Numbered from the stretch's first letter, positions 55,531-64,000 are shown. The stretch is DNA of 64,000 nt from a virus (IMGVR_UViG_3300017705_000602); one strand, 5' to 3'. Notes: a model not told the origin generated them from the sequence alone. Made by a program: numbers and translations.

Positions 55531-56544
55531 GTGAGTAACTTATTTAAAAAGGTAGCCTGCTTTACTGATATACACTACGGAAATAAACATAATTCGCGTG
55601 TTCATAATAACGATTGCGAAGACTTTCTAAAATGGTTTATCAGTGAAGCAAAAGCAAGAGGATGCGAAACTTGCATCTTCTTGGGTGACTGGCACCATCA
55701 TCGTTCTAATGTTAATGTTTCTACATTAAATTATACCATGTCGGGTTTGCGCATGCTTAACGAAGCGTTTGATCAAGTGTACATAATCACTGGTAACCAC
55801 GATTTGTTTTATCGTGAAAAGCGCGAAATACATTCGCTTATCATGGGCCAGGAGTTCAACAACATTAAAATTGTAGACGAAAAAATCGTTGACGGTGATG
55901 TTGCTATTGTGCCTTGGTTAGTTGAAGACGAATGGAAAGAAGTAAAAAAGATCAAAACAAAATACATGTTTGGTCATTTTGAGATTCCGGGTTTTAAAAT
56001 GAATGCGCTTGTCGAAATGCCCGACCATGGACAAATCAATCGTACACATTTCCAGCATCAGGAATATGTTTTTAGTGGTCACTTTCACAAAAGACAGCAG
56101 TCCGGTAATGTTCATTACATGGGCAATCCGTTTGGTCACAACTATGCAGATGCTTGGGACTTTGAACGCGGTGCTATGTTTTTAGAATGGGATAAAGAAC
56201 CTGAGTACGTTGACTGGACAGATGGCCCACGATACATCACATGCAAGCTTTCAAGTTTACTTGACGACACAGACACTTATCTCAAGCCAAAGACTTATGC
56301 AAAAGTATCACTTGATATTGATATTACTTACGAAGAAGCTAATTTCCTGCGCGAAACGTTTATGGAGAACTACGACATACGTGAGTTCAAACTGTTACAT
56401 GACCGTTCGGAATCAGAAGAGCATGAATTCGAAGGTGAAATCGAGCATCAAACAGTCGATCAAATTGTGCTTGAGCAACTTGGTAGCATTGAAAGCAACT
56501 CGTTTGATAATGCTAAACTTCTTTCAATATACAACGAGCTTTAA
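55531..56544 (+). CDS. gp47: Mre11/SbcD-like recombination nuclease
   Basis: TDIHYG, LGDWHH, GNHD, GHFE, SGHFH. Confidence 0.93.
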   Translation: MSNLFKKVACFTDIHYGNKHNSRVHNNDCEDFLKWFISEAKARGCETCIFLGDWHHHRSNVNVSTLNYTMSGLRMLNEAFDQVYIITGNHDLFYREKREIHSLIMGQEFNNIKIVDEKIVDGDVAIVPWLVEDEWKEVKKIKTKYMFGHFEIPGFKMNALVEMPDHGQINRTHFQHQEYVFSGHFHKRQQSGNVHYMGNPFGHNYADAWDFERGAMFLEWDKEPEYVDWTDGPRYITCKLSSLLDDTDTYLKPKTYAKVSLDIDITYEEANFLRETFMENYDIREFKLLHDRSESEEHEFEGEIEHQTVDQIVLEQLGSIESNSFDNAKLLSIYNEL

Positions 56545-58320
56545 ATGATAAAAATTAAAAACATAACCATTAAAAACTTTCTCAGTGTCGGTAACGTCAG
56601 TCAAGCGATACAGTTCACGGACGAAGAGTTGGTACTTGTACTAGGTGAAAACTTAGACTTGGGTGGCAACGATTCGCGCAACGGTGTTGGTAAAACTACT
56701 GTGATTAATGCCTTGTCGTACGCTTTGTACGGCGAAGCAATTGTTAAAATACGCAAAGACAATCTAGTAAACAAAGTTAACCAAAAGAACATGATGGTGT
56801 CACTTGAGTTTACTGTTAACAACAGCAACTATAAAGTCGAACGCGGTCGCAAACCAAACGTGTTCAAGTTTTATGCTAACGGTCAAGAGTTTGGCGACGA
56901 AGACACCAACGAAGCACAAGGTGACAACCGATTAACGCAACAAGAAATTGAACGCATAATCGGTTTATCGCATACCATGTTCAAACAGATTGTTGCACTG
57001 AACACATACAACGAACCGTTTTTGAGCATGCGAGCTAACGATCAGCGTGCAATAATAGAACAACTGCTTGGCATCACTAAATTAACCGAAAAAGCCGAAG
57101 TACTCAAAGGGCTAGTAAAGTTGACTCGCGATCGTCTTAAAGAAGAAGAGTTTAAAATTAAAGCTGTTCAAGAATCTAACAAACGCATAGAGAAGAATAT
57201 TTCTTCGCTTAACTTAAAGTCGCGTTCGTGGGAATCGTCAAGGCAGAAAAAGATCGAAAGCATCAAAAGTGAACTTAAAGACTTGTCGGATCTTGATATC
57301 GAAAAAGAGATTGAGAGCCACAAGTCAAACAGCACTGCTAAAGATTTGCAATCGGTTATTAACTCGCTAGAAAAAGAAATTTCCTCAATCGAGTGGAAAA
57401 TTAAATCGTTTCGTACTACAAAAGATCGTGCCGAAGAAAAGATGAATTCGACTCACGATAGCAAAGAGTGCCCAACTTGCGGACAAGGCATAGGTGATGC
57501 TACGCACGAAGAACTGGTAGCAAAATACAAACTTGAGTTCGACGATGCAAGCAAACATATTGCTGAATGCGAACATGATATCGAAATACTAAAAGCAGAG
57601 TTAGAAAAAACCGAGACGCCTGCCGAAAAACAAAACACGTTTTACTCGTCAGTTGACGATGCTTATCATCACAAAAGTGTATTAAGTGCGCTGGCTTCGG
57701 ATCTTGAAAACGAATCAAAAAGCGAGAACCCGTACATTGACCAAATTGAAGAACTTCAAAAGAACGGTCTTCAAGAGGTTGACTTCGAAACAATAAACGA
57801 GTATACTACGTTAAAAGATCATCAAGACTTTTTACTTAAATTGCTAACCAGTAAAGACAGCTTTATTCGTAAAAAGATTATCGATCAGAACTTAATGTAT
57901 TTGAATAGCCGTTTGTCAAGTTACTTGACTAAAGTTGGCTTGCCGCACGAAGTTAAGTTTAGATCAGATCTTGAAGTTGAAATTACTCAATACGGAAGAG
58001 ACTTTGACTTTGACAATTTAAGCCGAGGCGAAAGGACCCGACTAATTCTTTCGCTGTCATGGGCATTTCGTGATGTTTACGAAAGCTTAAACGGCAAAAT
58101 TAATTTATTGTTTATCGATGAATTAATCGACGGTGGGCTTGACACAAATGGTGTTGAAAACTCACTGTCAGTACTTAAAAAGATGACACGCGAAAATCAG
58201 CGTAGTATCTTTTTAATCAGTCACCGAGACGAACTCATTGGAAGAGTGTCCAGTGTTCTTAAAGTTATCAAGGAAGGGGGCTTCACAAGCTTTTCGTCCG
58301 AAGATACTTACACAGAATAA
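56545..58320 (+). CDS. gp46: Rad50/SbcC-like recombination ATPase
   Basis: KNFLS.GN, NGVGKTT, zinc hook CPTC, LSRGE, LLFIDE, ISH. Confidence 0.95.
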   Translation: MIKIKNITIKNFLSVGNVSQAIQFTDEELVLVLGENLDLGGNDSRNGVGKTTVINALSYALYGEAIVKIRKDNLVNKVNQKNMMVSLEFTVNNSNYKVERGRKPNVFKFYANGQEFGDEDTNEAQGDNRLTQQEIERIIGLSHTMFKQIVALNTYNEPFLSMRANDQRAIIEQLLGITKLTEKAEVLKGLVKLTRDRLKEEEFKIKAVQESNKRIEKNISSLNLKSRSWESSRQKKIESIKSELKDLSDLDIEKEIESHKSNSTAKDLQSVINSLEKEISSIEWKIKSFRTTKDRAEEKMNSTHDSKECPTCGQGIGDATHEELVAKYKLEFDDASKHIAECEHDIEILKAELEKTETPAEKQNTFYSSVDDAYHHKSVLSALASDLENESKSENPYIDQIEELQKNGLQEVDFETINEYTTLKDHQDFLLKLLTSKDSFIRKKIIDQNLMYLNSRLSSYLTKVGLPHEVKFRSDLEVEITQYGRDFDFDNLSRGERTRLILSLSWAFRDVYESLNGKINLLFIDELIDGGLDTNGVENSLSVLKKMTRENQRSIFLISHRDELIGRVSSVLKVIKEGGFTSFSSEDTYTE

Positions 58321-58449
58321 TCAATATTCTTCAAATGTAAAATCGTAACATAATAAATATATTTGTAATAAACCTAGGAAACGGCCACATACAACGTTCC
58401 CACCTTTTAACCTGTATGTGGCTAATCCGACCGTATAAGGAAATACAAC

Positions 58450-59592
58450 ATGTCACTTCGTGAATACCACTTCAATGGCCAAGTGTTTAATCTGTTAAAC
58501 ATGAATGGTCAGCTCGCTTTTAACGAAGCAATACGCCCAGTCTTAAACACCCTTGCTAAACAATGCATCCTTGGTAAAGAAACACAAGATATCAGCGATA
58601 TCGACAAGCGTGAATATCACGTGTTCAAACAAGGCCGTGGTGTAGTGTACTTTATTAACAAAGGTATTGTACCAAACGGTATCGAGCCAAATAAAGAGTT
58701 TTTTAACGCCTTAATGAAGGCAGCTTATGCAGAGCAGTTCACTCGTGGGCAAGACCACAAAAACCCATCATATACCGGCTTTATTTACGGCAAATGCAAG
58801 TATCTAGGCTACAGGAACCTAGAAGAAACAACCATTGATCGCTTTGACTTTTTTATTACCAGCAAAGACACAAGACCGTCTACTAAAGAAACGCACATTC
58901 GTCATCAGGGTTCTAGCAAAGGTCGTTTAGCATATCAAAAGTCACCTGAAATGCGAACTGCAAAAATGAAGCGCAGAAACGATTTTAGGCAAGAGAACGG
59001 ACACTTCTTACGCATCCTAATGTACGGTCCAAACATGCATCAGCGTCCGCTTTACGATACGTTTACTAAAACTTCGTGCGAAGGGTTATCGCTCTACAAT
59101 GAGATTGAGCAAAAAGAAAAAGTGGTTAACAGCTACACCATTCACCATGCACTGTTTGTTAACGCTAAGTCGGTTCACAAAAACGGCAAAGAGCCAAGTA
59201 CATACATGAACAAGATGTCGTACAAAAACTTACAAGCAGAAGATGTCAACGAAATGCTGGGTTGTATTGTAATGGGTGAAGATGGTCACAAGATCATTCA
59301 CAAGACTCACCAGAGCGATGATATACAAGGTTGGTTCAGACGGTTTGAACGTGGTGAGTGTTGTTGGATTCCGTATCACTGGACGTCGGAGGCAAACTAT
59401 GTTCGTACTACCGAATGGCTAGTCGAAAACATTGAGAACTACAACGAAGAAGATGTTATGTCATACTTCGATTTTGTGCTCGGTCTTACATTCACATACG
59501 AGCATGTCGGTCTTATCAAAGATTCGTTGCTTGAAGAAGCAAGGTTAAATACTACATTTGACAACGAGTTTAACGTAGAAGCAATTGCGTAA
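58450..59592 (+). CDS. Hypothetical protein with a degenerate HNH-like C-terminal half
   Basis: TIHH...E...CIVMGEDGHKIIH; AAGGA SD. Confidence 0.65.
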   Translation: MSLREYHFNGQVFNLLNMNGQLAFNEAIRPVLNTLAKQCILGKETQDISDIDKREYHVFKQGRGVVYFINKGIVPNGIEPNKEFFNALMKAAYAEQFTRGQDHKNPSYTGFIYGKCKYLGYRNLEETTIDRFDFFITSKDTRPSTKETHIRHQGSSKGRLAYQKSPEMRTAKMKRRNDFRQENGHFLRILMYGPNMHQRPLYDTFTKTSCEGLSLYNEIEQKEKVVNSYTIHHALFVNAKSVHKNGKEPSTYMNKMSYKNLQAEDVNEMLGCIVMGEDGHKIIHKTHQSDDIQGWFRRFERGECCWIPYHWTSEANYVRTTEWLVENIENYNEEDVMSYFDFVLGLTFTYEHVGLIKDSLLEEARLNTTFDNEFNVEAIA

Positions 59593-59609
59593 ACGTTAAC
59601 AGGGTAAAC

Positions 59610-59634
59610 AAAAAGGCGCTTTTGCGCCTTTTTT
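59610..59634. terminator. Bidirectional intrinsic terminator
   Basis: AAAAAGGCGC-TTTT-GCGCCTTTTT. Confidence 0.9.
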
Positions 59635-60100
59635 ATTGGGTTGCAAGACGGTCAGCTACTGCGGCCACATCGTTAACTGTGATTAGATTTACCTTAACTT
59701 GTGTTTTGCCTGCTAGGTAGGCTGCAATTACTCTGTGGTTACCATCGGATATAACATTCATTCCGTTATCTTGGTAAACTATCGGCAAGTTGTTTGCATT
59801 AAGGTCAATTGTTTTAACATGATCGGCGTTATACCCGGGTTCAGTCGAAATCAACTTATTGATCGGTACAACAGTAGGACTAACCGAATCTACTACTGCG
59901 TCAATAGCCATTTTATGATAAGACGATGGATTCATGCCCGGTTGCTGTTTCTTTAAATGTCCGGAAACATAGGACAACTCGTCGTCGAAGTCGTCCATGA
60001 CATCCCATGCACGGTTGTCAACTTTGCCGCCGTTCAGTGGATTTTGTTTTCTGCGGGCATCTTCTTCTTGCTCGTCGCTGGTTACTTCAATAATTTTCAT
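59633..60100 (-). CDS. ParB/Sulfiredoxin-like domain protein
   Basis: VP..KL..TE...LPIV......I.DGNHRV.AA. Confidence 0.75.
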   Translation of the reverse strand: MKIIEVTSDEQEEDARRKQNPLNGGKVDNRAWDVMDDFDDELSYVSGHLKKQQPGMNPSSYHKMAIDAVVDSVSPTVVPINKLISTEPGYNADHVKTIDLNANNLPIVYQDNGMNVISDGNHRVIAAYLAGKTQVKVNLITVNDVAAVADRLATQ

Positions 60101-60654
60101 TTGTCTTTCCTGTGATAGCTGCCAAACGTTATACCAAGCTGTTTTGCTTGATCGTCAAATTTTTGTACTTTCTCAGGAGACAATGCACCGTCTTCTTGCT
60201 CGCCACCGTTGTAATACTTGATTTCAACCGGCAACCCCGAAAAACCTAATTTGGCAGCGGCCATTATTCTATGATTACCTTCGTTAACATAAGGTACACC
60301 GTCTTGTCCGATTACCACTTGAGGTGCGTATTCGTTAAACTCGTGCCAATCAGCATCTGGTAGTTTTTGGTTTTTGCCCATGAAGTCTACTAACCAATCT
60401 AAATCGTCTTGTCGCACATTTGACTGTTCGTTATTAGTGCCAGGTATCTTTGCCAACAACTTAACTGGTAAAAATGCTTCACGATTGTACCAACCGGTTG
60501 TCGAGCCCATGATGTTGTATCTACCTGACGGTCGTCTGCCTTCGCTTTCTGTATCTTCACGTTTGTGCTGTAGCCACTTGCCACCCGGATTATCTATTTT
60601 TAATTTCAGCGGTTGCAAGTTTGGTGATTCGGTTAAAATATCTGTTAATCGCAT
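60097..60654 (-). CDS. ParB/Sulfiredoxin-like domain protein (start MRLTDILTE)
   Basis: P.V.I...G...VNEGNHRI.AA..LG...LPV; ATG 60654 overlaps the upstream TAA. Confidence 0.75.
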   Translation of the reverse strand: MRLTDILTESPNLQPLKLKIDNPGGKWLQHKREDTESEGRRPSGRYNIMGSTTGWYNREAFLPVKLLAKIPGTNNEQSNVRQDDLDWLVDFMGKNQKLPDADWHEFNEYAPQVVIGQDGVPYVNEGNHRIMAAAKLGFSGLPVEIKYYNGGEQEDGALSPEKVQKFDDQAKQLGITFGSYHRKDK

Positions 60655-61064
60655 TAGTACTTTGCCTTGTTTGGACACTTGCCGATACGTCCTAAAAACT
60701 CATTGTAATATTCTTTTTTAGGTATAGCATCTTCTTTGATTATTTTGCGGTACTCACCGTAGTTTAGTTCCCACTTAGATTCGAACATTTCGAGTATTTC
60801 GAACTTGAACTTGTCTTTGCCAAGTTTTTCAATATCGGCATTCAGCCGATTTGATGACCCAGTGTATGTTTTCCAATCCGATTCGCGTGTTGCGTGTCGT
60901 TTGTTTTTTCTTCCTTTCAAAGGCGGTCGTTTGAATTTTGACCATAACTGCTTTTGCCCAATGTATTTTTCGCCAGTTTGAGTATTGGTTATGCAGTACA
61001 CAAACCCGTAATGTTCATCAGGGTTAAACGGTTTCTTTGGTTTCCAATGACCGTATTTCGACAT
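60654..61064 (-). CDS. Stand-alone GIY-YIG nuclease (T4 endonuclease II-like)
   Basis: GFVYCITN...KYIGQK...ESDWKTY.GSS...F.FEILE...E...YYN. Confidence 0.85.
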   Translation of the reverse strand: MSKYGHWKPKKPFNPDEHYGFVYCITNTQTGEKYIGQKQLWSKFKRPPLKGRKNKRHATRESDWKTYTGSSNRLNADIEKLGKDKFKFEILEMFESKWELNYGEYRKIIKEDAIPKKEYYNEFLGRIGKCPNKAKY

Positions 61065-61121
61065 TAATCAGTTTTTCCTTGTTGTTTTTAATAAGTGCGG
61101 TAACTATTTGCAAGTTTTATG

Positions 61122-61129
61122 TATTTATA
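61122..61129 (-). promoter_or_regulatory. T4-type late promoter TATAAATA
   Basis: Exact match upstream of the GIY-YIG/ParB operon. Confidence 0.75.
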
Positions 61130-61141
61130 TCAAAAAATTGG

Positions 61142-61170
61142 TTGACAGTTGAGACATTCGAATATATAAT
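61142..61170 (+). promoter_or_regulatory. Perfect-consensus sigma70 promoter firing into non-coding DNA
   Basis: TTGACA(61142-61147)-17 nt-TATAAT(61165-61170). Confidence 0.9.
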
Positions 61171-61176
61171 ACTACA

Positions 61177-62217
61177 ACACATACAGAAGCCCTGCTTCGT
61201 ACACAACAATAGATTCTGGTTATAAGAGTAACGAACTTATATCCTGTGCATATTTCGTTTAGGATTATTACAAGTCCAATAGGGTTAACATAAGCGCGTT
61301 GTTAACACTGGGCGCCAATTCAAGCGTTTAGGATTACTAAGGCCTCTTATTTTTGCAGAGTTAATGCTATCTGCATTCTAGGTCGACAAGCATTATCGAC
61401 AAAGTAAATTCAAAAAAAAACAAAACTGAGTGTAATATAAAAGTGGCTCTGGGCCTTTAAATACATCTAAGAAAAATATTTTTAGATGGGCTATTGTTAG
61501 TTGAAACTATCACCCTTGTGCCTAGCGAATGTATGTCGTGTAGGTTATTAAAATATGATCTGGGTTGCCACAGAGAAAATGTTATGTAAATCATCTGAGA
61601 CTGCATAGTTAACACACATTTTTTCGACGCTTGAGTAAAAGATCTTGTCAGAATACAATCCGCTTGCTATAGAATAACCGACTATAGTACTCGACAGCTT
61701 TCGTGCATGTTCAATGATTGTAAAGATCCTCAAAGCAAAATGGATCCTGCTCTGCAATTAAGAGAGCGATGATTCATTGTTAACACACTAGTTCTGATCT
61801 TTAAATCAAACAAGCAGTTGACAATGATAGCGGCAACAGGAGCTCAAACTAAACTAATCATTAGGTTTTATTTGAGTTGCGGCATTGGTTATTAACGTAA
61901 CCACGATAGACGAAGAGGAAGACGGTGCCCGCCTCAGAAGTATTAATACTACTTCCAGTTTAATGATCTCGTTTCGCCCACACTGAATCAAGTGTAACAA
62001 AACGTTTTTAGACTTTCGCTGGCAACAGCGAATTCTGAGCCATCCTTAATCAAGAATAGACCGATTAGTTAATATTAAAACAAACAACAAACAAATAATA
62101 ATATCACTATTAAAACAGTTTGTAAGCGTAAGCAATTAGATGAGTTATAAATGAAGTGAGTGTAAACGAACGAAATGATTAACGATATCTAATTTGAAGT
62201 AGTGCTTGCACTACTTC
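61177..62217 (+). ncRNA. Putative large (~1 kb) structured non-coding RNA
   Basis: No ORF of 60 aa or more starts in it on the + strand; more than 15 hairpins with G-U pairs, a GNRA loop and nested long-range helices; bounded by a promoter and a terminal hairpin. Confidence 0.65.
62196..62217. terminator. Perfect hairpin between convergent units (probable terminator)
   Basis: GAAGTAGTG-CTTG-CACTACTTC; U-tract is weak. Confidence 0.6.
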
Positions 62218-62735
62218 TTAAGAGATACTTTATAGTATTTGCGTAATGACTTGATCATATCACTATCGTAACAATGCATTATATCACTGTTAGGTTTTAA
62301 GCTAATAGAATATAATGCTTTATGAATTGTTCTGATAGATATGATACCAGAGAACTTTCTCAAGTTCTCAATGCAGAATGCTCTTGTTATTAGTTCGAGA
62401 TCAGCAGGAACATTGTCGAGCACATTTAGTTCAGTATCATAATGCAAGAAACTGCGACATTCCCCTCTGTGAATTACCACATCAGATAACACTTCTTTAC
62501 TGTAATCAAGATCATGTACATAAACTGAATTATCGCATGAGTGAACATGATTAGCAATAGAGTCACTTGCGTCAACAGATAAAGTGTTAACAGGAACACT
62601 GGCACCACCTGGCATGAACGACCATTCGACGTTGCTCCATGTGAGCAAGTTAGTTGAAATGTACAAACGTTGCAAATGTGGATATCTTTTCACGCATTCT
62701 GTGTTGTCTTTAGGAATGTCGAGATCTTGTTGCAT
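62211..62735 (-). CDS. Hypothetical protein (174 aa)
   Basis: ATG overlaps the upstream TAA. Confidence 0.65.
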   Translation of the reverse strand: MQQDLDIPKDNTECVKRYPHLQRLYISTNLLTWSNVEWSFMPGGASVPVNTLSVDASDSIANHVHSCDNSVYVHDLDYSKEVLSDVVIHRGECRSFLHYDTELNVLDNVPADLELITRAFCIENLRKFSGIISIRTIHKALYSISLKPNSDIMHCYDSDMIKSLRKYYKVSLKK

Positions 62736-62965
62736 TACATATACTCTTTTTTACTTCCTGACATCTGTTGTTGTTTCTTGTTAACAGATTTCACGATTCG
62801 TTCTCTTGTTTTAAACGAAATATTCCATGCTTGGTCCCACGTAATACCTCCGTTCATGGCAAAGCAAATGTCGATTATTTGTTGTTCGACATTATCAGCG
62901 CCCCTTTCCATATCCCTAATAACTGAAGAAATTTCTTCAGGCTCGGCTGTTATTAGGAGTCTGTA
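62735..62965 (-). CDS. gp51-like/GT-like C-terminal extension, probably reached by -1 frameshift (internal ATG at 62911 gives 58 aa)
   Basis: Open frame YRLLITAEPEEISSVIRDMERG...MNGGITWDQAWNISFKTRE...EYM* starts exactly at T-TTT-TTT (62971-62965). Confidence 0.7.
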   Translation of the reverse strand, partial: YRLLITAEPEEISSVIRDMERGADNVEQQIIDICFAMNGGITWDQAWNISFKTRERIVKSVNKKQQQMSGSKKEYM

Positions 62966-63795
62966 AAAAAATTAACAGGATTTAGATCAATCTCTGTTTT
63001 CCATTCGTGTTCGCATTTTTCGCATTTGGCACTGAACTCTTTTTGAACACCAGTAGAGTTTATTTTTGTCAGTGTTTCCGAAATGGTCTTGAAAACCTTT
63101 TGGTCCATTTCACGAATAAACTCAGTTAAATGTTCGCGTTCAGTGACTTCGTCGTTGGTTTCGGAGATCACTACTTTTGTAATGCTGTCGCACACCAGTT
63201 CTGCATTGATTTCCGACAAGTTAGTAAACGCTTGCGAGTAAGCGCGAATACGCTCTTCTTCCGGGATACTTTCGTTGTTGAGAACCTTTGCAATCTTGTA
63301 GTTTTCAAACTGTGCCTTGTAGCCTTTGATAACTTCATGGTATGTGCTAGGACGAACATGAATCTCTAAACCGCTTTTTGTGGCGATTTTATACACATCG
63401 TCCAGCTTGTTCATGGTAGTCAACGTTTGTGCAATCCCGACTGCAAAATGGTTTTTATGTTTACATTCTGGGCATTCAGCATCCAGTTCAATTTCGTCAC
63501 CGAACGAAGCATGACGTATTGCAACCATGAGTGCCTCAACATCCACAGACAGTAACTGATCGGGCTGTTTAACAGCAGGTACACAGCTTGAGATAACAGT
63601 TGAAATAGCTTGTCCGTTCAGTAATGCATCAGGGTTTTTAAGAAGAACTTCGTCTTTGGCTGTCATAGGAGATACACCTACTTCGCCATCTTCGTTAAAG
63701 TTGACTATGTCCTTGTTGTAATACTTTGTTCCACTTGGCAAAGTTGTGTATATTTCAGCAGTTCTAAAATACTGCTTTAGCGGATTGTTTGTCAT
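62953..63795 (-). CDS. gp26: Baseplate hub/tail assembly chaperone, T4 gp26-like
   Basis: NPL.QYFR, LPS.G, PMTAKDE...K.PDALLNG, IR.ASFG, CPEC and CEKC pairs, ends NFF. Confidence 0.8.
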   Translation of the reverse strand: MTNNPLKQYFRTAEIYTTLPSGTKYYNKDIVNFNEDGEVGVSPMTAKDEVLLKNPDALLNGQAISTVISSCVPAVKQPDQLLSVDVEALMVAIRHASFGDEIELDAECPECKHKNHFAVGIAQTLTTMNKLDDVYKIATKSGLEIHVRPSTYHEVIKGYKAQFENYKIAKVLNNESIPEEERIRAYSQAFTNLSEINAELVCDSITKVVISETNDEVTEREHLTEFIREMDQKVFKTISETLTKINSTGVQKEFSAKCEKCEHEWKTEIDLNPVNFFTDS

Positions 63796-63819
63796 GTGTT
63801 CTCCAAAGGGATTATTTTC

Positions 63820-63851
63820 GATAAATACGTTAAATTGTAACAGTATTTATC
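63820..63851. promoter_or_regulatory. Divergent pair of late promoters (GATAAATA on each strand)
   Basis: + strand 63820-63827; - strand 63851-63844; between the gp26-like gene and the next gene. Confidence 0.7.
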
Positions 63852-63876
63852 TACGTAGATAATCGGAGAGTGTGAC

Positions 63877-64000
63877 GTGGCAGAACGATCAGTAATTGAA
63901 GGGTTTGGACCCGGTGTCAAAAAATGGGCATCGGAAGAAACCGCTAGCGAAATCGCTAAAACTTTAAGCGATATGTACGACTTGTCAAAAAGTCAACAAA
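63877..64000 (+). CDS. 5' end of a late gene, probably the tape-measure-like protein (truncated)
   Basis: GGAG SD and GTG start; MAERSVIEGFGPGVKKWASEETASEIAKTL is open to the window edge; adjacent to the gp26-like chaperone. Confidence 0.5.
   Translation, partial: MAERSVIEGFGPGVKKWASEETASEIAKTLSDMYDLSKSQQ

Noticed and set aside
61548-61757. 69-aa minus-strand ORF in the long non-coding region
   Set aside because: TTG start, no SD, antisense to a perfect promoter
61440-62045. Group I intron, RNase P RNA or tmRNA identity for the large RNA
   Set aside because: Fragments resemble the motifs (GAGACTG, AATCCGC, CGACTA, GAGGAAGAC), but I could not place P/Q/R/S in the right order or find flanking exons, the RNase P P4 partner or tRNA-like ends. 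An Infernal search is needed to exclude these formally
1-64000. tRNA, rRNA, CRISPR arrays, integrase or transposase
   Set aside because: None recognised by eye; tRNAscan-SE and CRISPR finders were not run

Overview
A 64-kb segment of a large (probably jumbo) T4-related myovirus genome, with gene order resembling Rak2/GAP32-like and uncultured large phages; the host cannot be determined from the sequence. (1) 1-10.2 kb, + strand: an early accessory region of small hypothetical and membrane genes behind near-consensus sigma70 promoters. Five of these transcripts begin with an identical ACAGTTAGGA leader. The region also has two promoter-driven small structured RNAs, a GA/TC/GG/CC-depleted zone around an ACCCWGG-repeat site, and a tandem run of diverged small paralogues. 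(2) 10.2-31.6 kb, - strand: a late-promoter tailoring cluster with 6 N-terminal twitch/SPASM radical SAM enzymes, 5 GT10-like 'TEK' glycosyltransferase paralogues, 3 GT-A glycosyltransferases, a UDP-glucose dehydrogenase, an NDP-sugar epimerase, a 2OG-Fe(II) oxygenase and an SGNH-like protein. (3) 31.7-54.5 kb, - strand: tail-fibre and baseplate module, including a 3413-aa protein and gp6-, gp25-, gp5-, gp27-, gp53- and gp54-like genes. (4) 54.6-64 kb: gp55 late sigma factor, gp47/gp46, an HNH-like protein, two ParB/Srx-like proteins, a GIY-YIG nuclease, a ~1-kb promoter-driven, highly structured non-coding region, a gp26-like gene with a probable -1 frameshift extension, and the start of a probable tape-measure gene. 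The best novelty candidates are the multi-module antisense sRNA aimed at early-mRNA leaders, the ~1-kb structured RNA and the radical SAM/glycosyltransferase cluster. All calls come from manual motif reading; no database searches or folding programs were run.
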